From assembly GCF_965215465.1 (NCBI RefSeq), contig NZ_OZ244056.1:2205169-2269168 (forward strand): a DNA stretch of 64,000 bases, read 5' to 3'. The notes under the pieces were generated by a model, which did no database searches, was not told the origin of the DNA, and saw only the letters and a list, made by a program, of their open reading frames with translations. The stretch comes from Simkania sp. GTDB lineage: Bacteria; Chlamydiota; Chlamydiia; Chlamydiales; Simkaniaceae. The translations under genes were made by a program, and so were the position numbers. Shown here one piece after another: positions 10,587-18,451 of the stretch (position 1 is its first letter; each line of letters begins with the position of its first letter).

Positions 10587-11948
10587 TTAGTCACCATTGT
10601 GCCACCAATTACTGTGTTGTGAGCCTTGATTCCAGCCGCTATTCTGCCAGCTATTGCCACTTTGCGAGCTCTGGTTCCACCTATTTTCGTTCCACCCATT
10701 ACTGTTTTGTGAGTTCTGATTCCAACCGCTATTCTGCCAGCCATTGCCACTTTGTGAACTCTGATTCCATCCATCATTGCCCCACCAATTGCCCTTTTGA
10801 TTTTCGTGACTAGACTTCTTTTCATTTTGGGCATTGAGCTGAACAGCAGGCATAGAAGTCCATGTTGGATGAAGTCCCGGAGCTTTTTGGCTATCATGAT
10901 GGCGATCATAATAGCTCTGAAAAGACCCTCTCCAATTAATAGCATATCCAGAATCACCTTCTAAAAGCTCGACAGGCTCTAAGTAACCCTCTGGGCGTAA
11001 GAAAACAACTTCTGAGTCCTTAGGAGGAAGACCATCATTTTGCAAAAAGGGAAAGTCATTTTGGATACGTTTGTAACCTTGCTCAATTTGATCTGCCGTG
11101 AAACCTACTGCTTTCAGCTCTGTAATTGACATAATGGATGCACCTATCAATGTGCCTTTGGTGCGACATTTCACTGCTACCTTATCTTGTGTTAAATAGG
11201 TCGGAGCACCAAGAGAATAGTAATCTCCTACATCACCCATCTCATCAACTTCATCTTGAAACCCCCATGCATAGCCCGTTGCTTTCGAGGTATTACCTAC
11301 GGCATAATTTTGAAATCCTTCTTCAAAAAGCATACGTTTGACTTTCTCTGGAGTTTGAGCTGAATACACTTCCAATCCAGGACCTAGCCTCCTAGGATTT
11401 GCAAGTGCGTAGACTTGGTTATCTTTGCTGACATTTTCTTTGACATACATAATTTTTTCAGCAGAAATTAGGTTATATTCATCTCGTACAACTGCAGCTT
11501 TTTCTCGGATAGCTGTTAACATTGCCGGATTCCCAGCATGTAAATTTAAAAGATTGTCTAAACGAATCGATAAAGCTTCATGCTGCCTCAGCTGCAAATT
11601 ATACTCTTTTATTTTATCTCGAATAGGTGGCTCTTCATCAAGTTTGTTTAGATCATAAACAGTCACCGACTCAATCACTCCTTTTAGCTCATTCTCAACG
11701 GCCTCTTTAGCTTCTTCAGGAGTTAATACTTCAATCTGATCTTCAGGCGGAGTTATGGGAAGTGCTAAACTTTCAGCATGTTTATTTGAAATTGTTTGAC
11801 TTGAAGAAGATACACAGAAAGAAATCGCTGCAATCGCTGTTAATGCAACTGCTGTGACGATAACTTGTGTTTGTGTTACTTCAGAGACAGCATACCCAAC
11901 CTCAAATAGAGTGTTCCCGGCATGCAAAGCAAGTGACGCTATGCTCAT
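10587..11948 (-). CDS. Orphan membrane-anchored protein with a C-terminal W/N/Q-rich tandem-repeat tail
   Basis: 453-aa ORF with an N-terminal TM (VIVTAVALTAIAAISFCV). The C-terminal ~75 aa is GWNQSSQSGNGWQNS-type repeats. ATG preceded by GGAATGGGGAG. Confidence 0.7.
   Translation of the reverse strand: MSIASLALHAGNTLFEVGYAVSEVTQTQVIVTAVALTAIAAISFCVSSSSQTISNKHAESLALPITPPEDQIEVLTPEEAKEAVENELKGVIESVTVYDLNKLDEEPPIRDKIKEYNLQLRQHEALSIRLDNLLNLHAGNPAMLTAIREKAAVVRDEYNLISAEKIMYVKENVSKDNQVYALANPRRLGPGLEVYSAQTPEKVKRMLFEEGFQNYAVGNTSKATGYAWGFQDEVDEMGDVGDYYSLGAPTYLTQDKVAVKCRTKGTLIGASIMSITELKAVGFTADQIEQGYKRIQNDFPFLQNDGLPPKDSEVVFLRPEGYLEPVELLEGDSGYAINWRGSFQSYYDRHHDSQKAPGLHPTWTSMPAVQLNAQNEKKSSHENQKGNWWGNDGWNQSSQSGNGWQNSGWNQNSQNSNGWNENRWNQSSQSGNSWQNSGWNQGSQHSNWWHNGD
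10590..10810 (-). repeat. In-frame tandem repeat (about 90-nt unit with a 45-nt sub-period) encoding the W/N/Q tail
   Basis: GATTCCAGCCGCTATTCTGCCAGCTATTGCCACTTTG at 10628 recurs as GATTCCAACCGCTATTCTGCCAGCCATTGCCACTTTG at 10718. Confidence 0.8.
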
Positions 11949-12045
11949 TTTTTTCTCCCCATTCCTTTTTTCCTTACGTTATTTGTAATCATCCCTCGAT
12001 TCGAAGCAAAGGGTTTACTCTGTCTGAATTAGAAAACCATCTTAT

Positions 12046-12060
12046 TGTTATATAATAACA
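12046..12060. promoter_or_regulatory. Near-palindromic extended -10-like element (TGTTATATAATAACA) in a divergent intergenic region
   Basis: It reads TGnTATTAT on the minus strand, ~100 nt upstream of the 11948 start, and contains TATAAT on the plus strand. Confidence 0.3.
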
Positions 12061-12108
12061 TAAATATTCTTTTAGAGTTAATAAATAATTCTATTTAATT
12101 ATTTAATA

Positions 12109-12117
12109 TGATATAAT
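12109..12117 (+). promoter_or_regulatory. Extended -10 promoter element TGATATAAT
   Basis: TGnTATAAT consensus in an AT-rich spacer, 35 nt upstream of the ATG at 12152. Confidence 0.35.
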
Positions 12118-12151
12118 TTCTTTTAATGATGGAAAGTTAAGGGGAGAACAC

Positions 12152-12271
12152 ATGTCAATTAAGACTAGTAGTGCATATCACTATTTATCAACGACTTATA
12201 AAATAAGTCTTTCAAGTCAAAATACCTTCCCAGATATTCATCCAACAGTAGATTTTTACATAAACAATTGA
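12152..12271 (+). CDS. 39-codon leader ORF or gene remnant (MSIKTSSAYHYLSTTYKISLSSQNTFPDIHPTVDFYINN)
   Basis: ATG 6 nt after AAGGGGAG. It lies between the predicted promoter and the 12355 gene. It is too short to judge coding potential. Confidence 0.2.
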   Translation: MSIKTSSAYHYLSTTYKISLSSQNTFPDIHPTVDFYINN

Positions 12272-12354
12272 ATATTAATTCATTAAGAACGTCTTTAAAA
12301 AAGTAAAGCCGATCTTAACAAGTATTAAAAAAAGAAAAGGAATGGGGAAGAAAA

Positions 12355-13725
12355 ATGTCGTTGAATGTCTCAAAACATGGGCAATTAGCTACTAATAACT
12401 TAAGCACCACTACTAGTGACTCAAGTCAAACAAGTCAATACTTATCAGTTAATGAGTTATACCAAAAACAGACTGATTCTCAAGGATCGGGTCTCAGATT
12501 GGAAAATTCAGAGGTCGTTCAATATTACGGAGCTCATGAGAGTACCTCAACCCAAAAGCTAGCCTTGGAAGATCTGAAAAAAGCTTCTCAGGCTTCACGT
12601 GAATTGGCGAAGTTCTCTCTAGCCAATCCTTCTGCTGAGACAAAAGTTCTTGTGAAGGAAAACTTTCGAGCACTCGGCCGCTTAATTGAAAAATACCAGC
12701 TAGATGTAGAAGATCTAGATTTCTTATTAGAAGGAGTTCCAGATGCTCGTTCAGATTTTTCTTGGAAATATACTCCTGATCGAGAGGAGAGACTTGCAAA
12801 ACTCGAAGTCTTAATTCAGAACCTTTCTCATTTTGATGAGGTTCAAGATTTCGATAAAAATTTTGCACAATATGCTGCGGACTTAGATACACTTTTTACA
12901 GCGATTGGCTACCGCGCAATTGGACCTTCATGGATCAAAAATACACATGAACCCTCTGAGCGAATCAAAGCTCTTGTCGGAGATTTTAGAGGCTCGGGTT
13001 TTCTCATTCCGGCTTTAGGAGCAAAAGAGTTCCCTAATCGTTCAGCAGATGATGCCAAAAACAGTCAAGCTCCAATCGCATTTGAAATCCCTATGGGAAC
13101 CCAAGAAAAACTACACAATCAAGAAGAAGAGAAAGAAGGATTACCTTCTCGTTTGTTTACTTTTGATTCCTATGTTGCAAAGGGGCTCTCACATGGAATT
13201 CCCATGCGTGCGCATACATCCGGATCAGCTCCACTCACTCTTGCTGCACAACGCTTTGTGCTTGAAGTGAATCAAACTCAACTTGGGGAATCAGAACTGG
13301 TCCAAACTGGTGGCATTCTTTGTGCGACTTATGACTTAGGAGATTTTCACACCTTTGCTGAAACAGCTGCGGGGATTGCCCATTATTATCAAACAGTTTT
13401 TCCTGATATGAGCTTTTTAAATGAAAAAATCTCAATTTTAGAAGAAGTCGATCCTAAGACTTTTTTAGCACTTGGGGTTGGATTTCTGCAGAGCCTTGTA
13501 AGTAAAGAAGACTCTATGGAATTTGATAGCAAGTCTTTTGATGTGATTAAACATTACACAAACAAAGAGCCTCAATTAAAGGTTTCACCTGAGGAATCTA
13601 CTTGGAGTTCATGCGTCAACGTGCTTGAAGAGTTAAAGCAAAACTTGCCTTCGCTGGATTTCACGACATCGTTTTTAGATGGAAGGGCGATCTTTTCTAT
13701 TGGATCAGCTGTGGGAGCTGCTTAA
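12355..13725 (+). CDS. Orphan protein with an S/T/Q-rich N-terminus (candidate secreted effector)
   Basis: 456-aa ORF. ATG preceded by GGAATGGGGAAG. I recognised no enzymatic motif. Confidence 0.7.
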   Translation: MSLNVSKHGQLATNNLSTTTSDSSQTSQYLSVNELYQKQTDSQGSGLRLENSEVVQYYGAHESTSTQKLALEDLKKASQASRELAKFSLANPSAETKVLVKENFRALGRLIEKYQLDVEDLDFLLEGVPDARSDFSWKYTPDREERLAKLEVLIQNLSHFDEVQDFDKNFAQYAADLDTLFTAIGYRAIGPSWIKNTHEPSERIKALVGDFRGSGFLIPALGAKEFPNRSADDAKNSQAPIAFEIPMGTQEKLHNQEEEKEGLPSRLFTFDSYVAKGLSHGIPMRAHTSGSAPLTLAAQRFVLEVNQTQLGESELVQTGGILCATYDLGDFHTFAETAAGIAHYYQTVFPDMSFLNEKISILEEVDPKTFLALGVGFLQSLVSKEDSMEFDSKSFDVIKHYTNKEPQLKVSPEESTWSSCVNVLEELKQNLPSLDFTTSFLDGRAIFSIGSAVGAA

Positions 13726-13730
13726 TTTTG

Positions 13731-13761
13731 AGGCTCCTTCGTTTCGAAGGAGCCTTTTTTA
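13731..13761. terminator. Bidirectional rho-independent terminator between convergent genes
   Basis: AGGCTCCTTCG-TTT-CGAAGGAGCCT followed by TTTTT, and preceded by AATTTT for the opposite strand. Confidence 0.8.
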
Positions 13762-13804
13762 TAAGTGTCGCAAGTCTTCTCTGTTGCTGATTTAAGAGTA
13801 ACTC

Positions 13805-14989
13805 TTAGAGCGCAATGTCTTGTTCAAGATGCTGTTTCACTGCTGCTAAAAATCCACAGCCATACATCCCATCAATCACACGGTGATCAAATGTGAGAGA
13901 AAGGTGTAGCATGGAGCGAATTGCCATGGTGTCGTCGTCAAGCGCAATCACTTTCTTTTGAATGGCGCCCACTCCAACGATTGCTACTTCAGGAAAACGA
14001 ATGATCGGCACTCCGATAAGAGTTCCTGACATTCCAAAGTTGGTCATTGTAATCGTTCCTTCCTTCACTTGATTCGGATCAAGACGGTTTGAACGCGCTT
14101 TTTGGGATAGGTCAGCCACTTCCTTCGCAATGTCTGGAATGGTACGTCCTTGACAATTTTGAATCACAGGAACGAGGATCCCTTGCTCGACACTTACAGC
14201 TATTCCCAAGTTGACGAAACGTTTCACGACAATTGTGTCATCTTCTAGAGAAGAGTTGATGAGAGGAAACTCTTTCACAGCGCTTGCTATGGCTTTGGCA
14301 ATGAAGCTTGTGATCGATAGTTTATAACCATGCTTTTTGAGGAAGCTTTCTTTTTCTCGCGCAATGTATTTGATCACTTTCGTGATATCCACTTCATTGA
14401 CAAGCGTCGCATGCGGAGCTTCGTAGAAGGAGCGAACCATGTTTTCAGCAATCATTTTGCGCATGCCGGTCATCTTCATCCGCTCAATTTGCTCAGTGGA
14501 GCTGACTGCTGGCGCTGGCTTTTGTCCTTTTTGCGACAAGTATTTCTCTAAATCTCTTTTCGAGAGACGTCCTCCTGCACCTGTAGCCGGGATATTGGCA
14601 AGTTCCTCGAGATTCACTCCTTTTTCTCGCGCAATTTTCAAAACGACCGGAGTGAAAAAACTCTTCATGGAAGGGCCGGTTGGACTTGCAGCAACTTCTT
14701 CGGCCTTCTCGGGCTGCTTAGGTTCAGGTGCTGCAGAGGTGATTTCAGCGGTGGTGATTGTCGCAATGAGAGCTCCAACATCAAGTTCCTCATCAGGTGC
14801 AGCATGAATGGCTTTAATTCTCCCGGAAACAGGCGAGGGAATTTCACTGTTGACTTTGTCTGTTGAAACTTCGAGAAGAGGCTCATCGAGTTTGACTACA
14901 TCGCCTTCTTTTTTAAACCATTGGACAATGGTTGCACTGACAATGCTTTCTCCGAGCTTTGGGAGTTTGACTTCAACTTCTTCTTCCAT
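13805..14989 (-). CDS. 2-oxoacid dehydrogenase E2 component (dihydrolipoamide acyltransferase: lipoyl, E3-binding and catalytic domains)
   Basis: 394 aa with lipoyl-Lys motif EVSTDKV, an Ala/Pro linker, a PSBD-like region (GTGAGGRLSKRDL) and the catalytic DHRVIDG. No E1 or E3 gene is adjacent. Confidence 0.85.
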   Translation of the reverse strand: MEEEVEVKLPKLGESIVSATIVQWFKKEGDVVKLDEPLLEVSTDKVNSEIPSPVSGRIKAIHAAPDEELDVGALIATITTAEITSAAPEPKQPEKAEEVAASPTGPSMKSFFTPVVLKIAREKGVNLEELANIPATGAGGRLSKRDLEKYLSQKGQKPAPAVSSTEQIERMKMTGMRKMIAENMVRSFYEAPHATLVNEVDITKVIKYIAREKESFLKKHGYKLSITSFIAKAIASAVKEFPLINSSLEDDTIVVKRFVNLGIAVSVEQGILVPVIQNCQGRTIPDIAKEVADLSQKARSNRLDPNQVKEGTITMTNFGMSGTLIGVPIIRFPEVAIVGVGAIQKKVIALDDDTMAIRSMLHLSLTFDHRVIDGMYGCGFLAAVKQHLEQDIAL

Positions 14990-15001
14990 TGAACCTATTT
15001 C

Positions 15002-16219
15002 CTATTCCAACCATGTCACAGCATGGTACTGTTTCTCATCAATTTGTTTTTCTTGCTTTGCAATAAAGACTGCCGCAACAGCATCTCCTAAGATATTGAC
15101 AACCGCAGAAACCATTTCTCTTAAACGATCCACTCCTGCAACAAGTGCAATCCCCTCTAAAGGAAGGCCCATCGCGTTGAGAACAACAGATAGCATCACG
15201 ATTCCAGTTCCTGGAATTCCTGCAGCACCAATTGCAGAGACAAGTGAGACAAAAATAAGGATGGCAATTTTCACCCATGTAATGGCAATTCCGTAAGCTT
15301 GAGCAATAAAGATTGCTGAAATGGCCTGACCAATCGCAGCTCCATTCATGTTGATGGTCGATCCAAGAGAAAGGACAAATCCCGAGATGTCTGGAGAAAT
15401 TCCCAAGTGGTAGCGGGCGCATTCAAGAGATACAGGGAGGGTTGCAGAGCTACTACTTGTTGTAAAAGCAAGAACAATCGCATCTTTCATTCCTTTGAAA
15501 AATGGACCGATTTTCAGTTTTGCCAAATACTTCAAGGAAAGAGCAAAAACAATGAAAATTTGGAGAATGCAAGCAATGTAGTTACATAACAAAAACTTCA
15601 GGAGGGGCAAAATCACTTTGATCCCAACAGATCCGACTGCCGTTGCAATGAGGGCAAAGACTCCATATGGAGCGAGTTTCATGATAAAGTGTGTAAGTGA
15701 ATACATCACTTCGCAGACCGATTCTAAGAAACCTAAGACCACTTTTCCTTTCTCACCTGAAAGGGTGATCGCAAAGGCAAAGAAGATCGCAAAGACGATG
15801 ATCTGCAACACGTTCCCCTCAGCAAAAGCTGCGAAAGGATTCGACGGAACAATCGCAAATAAAAAGTCCATGATCCCAAGGCCTTGCATAGAAGCTCCTG
15901 ATTGGGGAGGAAGAGGAAGACTTAGTCCAGTTCCTGGCTTCATTAGAAAGACCATTAATAGCCCAAAGGTAATAGAAAGGACCGTTGTTCCAGCATAAAA
16001 GAGAACGGTGCGGATTCCAATCCGGCCTAATTTTTTGGGATCACTAATGTGACACATTCCTGTGACAAGTGAAGAAAAAACGATCAGGCCAACAAGCATC
16101 TTGAGAAGATCGATAAAGGCCTTTCCAATTCTCTCTAGAAAGTCAACTTGGTGTCCTAAAACAAGTCCCGCAATAACCCCTAACACAAGTCCGATGAGAA
16201 TTTTAATCCACGGCTTCAT
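15002..16219 (-). CDS. gltT: Sodium:dicarboxylate/amino-acid symporter (DAACS; GltT/GltP-like), copy 1
   Basis: 405 aa with AFTTSSSSATLP, GSTINMNG, AIGAAGIPG and GDAVAA motifs. The ATG overlaps the lpxK stop (ATGA). Confidence 0.88.
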   Translation of the reverse strand: MKPWIKILIGLVLGVIAGLVLGHQVDFLERIGKAFIDLLKMLVGLIVFSSLVTGMCHISDPKKLGRIGIRTVLFYAGTTVLSITFGLLMVFLMKPGTGLSLPLPPQSGASMQGLGIMDFLFAIVPSNPFAAFAEGNVLQIIVFAIFFAFAITLSGEKGKVVLGFLESVCEVMYSLTHFIMKLAPYGVFALIATAVGSVGIKVILPLLKFLLCNYIACILQIFIVFALSLKYLAKLKIGPFFKGMKDAIVLAFTTSSSSATLPVSLECARYHLGISPDISGFVLSLGSTINMNGAAIGQAISAIFIAQAYGIAITWVKIAILIFVSLVSAIGAAGIPGTGIVMLSVVLNAMGLPLEGIALVAGVDRLREMVSAVVNILGDAVAAVFIAKQEKQIDEKQYHAVTWLE

Positions 16220-17313
16220 GAAGATGCCTCTTCGGTTAGGGTTAAAATCTGTTTGAGCAGTTGATTGTAATTTTCAGCTTGAGACACAACCTGCAAAGAC
16301 GCTTTCACACAGGCAATTGGAAGAGAAAGTTTCATGGGGTTGGGAAGTTTCACCCAATCTTTTTCTGAACACAAAAGAAATTCACACCCTTTCTCTTCTG
16401 CCAAAATAGCAAGATCGACAAGTTGGCGCCGCGTGGGGGGGATATGATCGGGAAGAATGAGTGTTTCTGCAATGTCAATTCCCATCTGCTCAATGGTTTT
16501 TAAGAATGACTTCGGTTTTCCAAGCCCACAAAAAACTGCAGCCCGTTTCCCTTGAACATCATTCCAAACTTCTCCGTTTTCCCCTTCAATCGCGTCAGGA
16601 ACCATCTGCATTCCAATCAAGGATGCTGAAGTTTGCTGTTCGACTTCTTTCTTGAGCTCTTCAAAATGGTTTTGGTCTCGAACGTGATTGATAATCACGA
16701 AATCAGCTTCCTTCAGTCGTTTAGGTGAATCCCTTAAATATCCACGAGGAAGATAAAACCCCTTTCCATAGAGATCATCTGCATGGAGCATGACTATTTC
16801 AAGATCGCGATGAAGGCGTCGATATTGCATCCCATCATCTAGCAAAACAAGCTCTGCTTCATGATAGGCTGCCCGCTGGGCATTGAGTCGCCTATCTTTT
16901 CCAACAAATAGTGTGAGCTCGGGTAAGGTCTTCCAAAGCAAGAAGGCCTCATCACCACACACCTTCGGAGTGATGCGAGACCGGTCGATTAAATGGAAGC
17001 TCCCTCCGACCTTTTCGATTTCTGAGCGATATCCTCGAAGTAACACAGATACTCGTTTATCTCGGGAAAGATCCTTTCCAAGCTTTTGAATCAAAGCAGT
17101 TTTTCCCGTCCCTCCTGCAATGATGTTCCCAATACTTATCACAGGTATATCAACTTTTGACTCTTTCAGCAGGTGGCAATCAAAGGCCAAGTTTCGGAGG
17201 CTCACTCCAAACTTGAAAAGCTTGCTCAATCCATGCAGTACACCTCGCACCAAGGAGGACTTTCTCCGTCCCTCAATATGGTCGGTGATATAAGATTCAA
17301 GTTGAACCGTCAT
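16216..17313 (-). CDS. lpxK: Tetraacyldisaccharide 4'-kinase
   Basis: GNIIAGGTGKT P-loop. The ATG at 17313 (MTVQLESY) lies 4 nt after the gmhA stop. The track start at 17388 would overlap gmhA by 71 nt. Confidence 0.85.
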   Translation of the reverse strand: MTVQLESYITDHIEGRRKSSLVRGVLHGLSKLFKFGVSLRNLAFDCHLLKESKVDIPVISIGNIIAGGTGKTALIQKLGKDLSRDKRVSVLLRGYRSEIEKVGGSFHLIDRSRITPKVCGDEAFLLWKTLPELTLFVGKDRRLNAQRAAYHEAELVLLDDGMQYRRLHRDLEIVMLHADDLYGKGFYLPRGYLRDSPKRLKEADFVIINHVRDQNHFEELKKEVEQQTSASLIGMQMVPDAIEGENGEVWNDVQGKRAAVFCGLGKPKSFLKTIEQMGIDIAETLILPDHIPPTRRQLVDLAILAEEKGCEFLLCSEKDWVKLPNPMKLSLPIACVKASLQVVSQAENYNQLLKQILTLTEEASS

Positions 17314-17317
17314 AGAC

Positions 17318-17929
17318 TTAGTGGGCTCCCGCTGGTTCGAGATCAATTTCTTCTGCATGTTGCATAAGCTCTGCTTCAACCATTTCAATTACGATATGAA
17401 TCGCAGCCATGTGTGCTTCTTGAATGCGGTCAGAATATTTGAATCCAGAAACGATCCATTCTAAGTCACAAAGGCCTTTCATCTTACCCCCTGTTTTCCC
17501 CAGAAAAGCAACCGTTTTGACCCCCTTTTTTTGACTCGCTTCTACTGCTCGAAGAAGATTTTCAGAATTTCCACTCGTGGTCAGAGCAATAAAGAGGTCT
17601 CCTTTTTTCCCATGGGCTTGAACACCTCTAGCAAAGATATCATCAAAGGATAAGTCGTTGGCAACACAACTCATATGGCCTGGATCAGAAAGGGCAATGG
17701 CAGGTAAAGCTTGCCGTTTTGCCCTAAAGAAACCAGTCATTTCCTCAGCAAAGTGCATGGCATCACATAAGCTTCCTCCATTGCCGGCAATAAGAAGCTT
17801 GCCGCCTTGCCGATAGGTGTCGATAATCATCCAGGAAAGCTTTTCAAGAAACTCCAGTCCTTCTTCAGAAGCTAAAGTCTGAATGGCTTGGATGGCTTCC
17901 TTGACAGACTTCTTGATCGGTTCGCGCAT
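17318..17929 (-). CDS. gmhA: Phosphoheptose isomerase (SIS domain; GmhA/DiaA family)
   Basis: GNGGSLCDAMHFAEE, TTSGNSEN and RIQEAH motifs. The ATG at 17929 (MREPIKK) is preferred over the longer track ORF. Confidence 0.75.
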   Translation of the reverse strand: MREPIKKSVKEAIQAIQTLASEEGLEFLEKLSWMIIDTYRQGGKLLIAGNGGSLCDAMHFAEEMTGFFRAKRQALPAIALSDPGHMSCVANDLSFDDIFARGVQAHGKKGDLFIALTTSGNSENLLRAVEASQKKGVKTVAFLGKTGGKMKGLCDLEWIVSGFKYSDRIQEAHMAAIHIVIEMVEAELMQHAEEIDLEPAGAH

Positions 17930-18027
17930 TGTAACCCCGTTTTCAGAAAATAGAAAATTTTTTATAGAGTTTAGTCGTTTGCGCGAGTGTAACCAAAATG
18001 ACAATATTTATCCAGTGGGGACAAAGC

Positions 18028-18324
18028 CTAGTGGCGAAATCCTCCACCGCCGCGTCTTGGTGGACCACCACGTCCGCCACCGCTTTGCTCACGGGCTTCA
18101 CTAACTGTGAGAGCGCGACCGCCAATTTCTTTTCCATTGAGATTCTCAATTGCGGCTGCTCCTTCTTCCTTTGACTCCAGCTCAACAAAGCCAAAGCCTC
18201 TAGACTGCCCAGTTTCGCGATCTTTGATAATCTTAGGGTTTTTAGGGGATCCAAATTCAGTCAAGAGCTGCAAGAGGTCGTCCTCGGTATATTCTTTTGG
18301 TAAGTTTCCAACAAAAAGTTTCAT
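18028..18324 (-). CDS. RRM-type RNA-binding protein with an RGG tail
   Basis: RNP2 LFVGNL, RNP1 RGFGFVEL and a C-terminal GGGRGGPPRRGGGGF. The ATG at 18324 lies 7 nt after GGAG. Confidence 0.85.
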   Translation of the reverse strand: MKLFVGNLPKEYTEDDLLQLLTEFGSPKNPKIIKDRETGQSRGFGFVELESKEEGAAAIENLNGKEIGGRALTVSEAREQSGGGRGGPPRRGGGGFRH

Positions 18325-18451
18325 GAGTTTTCTCCAAATAAGGTAGTGTAAAAGACCGCTCCAAAATAGGGCTTCAAAAGATCCCAAAACGGTAACGATG
18401 ACCATTGTACCCGAATATCGTTGATATTAGCGATCAAAAATTTGGGCATGC

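Noticed and set aside
10565-10957. ORFs 10565..10957 (-) and 10580..10813 (+) overlapping the W/N/Q repeat
   Set aside because: The repetitive DNA keeps several frames open. These frames give Ile/Ala/Gly- or Ser/His/Cys-rich nonsense repeats. Only the frame continuous with the 453-aa ORF has an upstream non-repetitive body and an SD.
12309-12320. GCCGAT string (AAAGTAAAGCCGATCTT) resembling a sigma-28 -10 element upstream of the 12355 gene
   Set aside because: No TAAAGTTT-like -35 lies at the required ~11-12-nt spacing. A single hexamer match is not meaningful.
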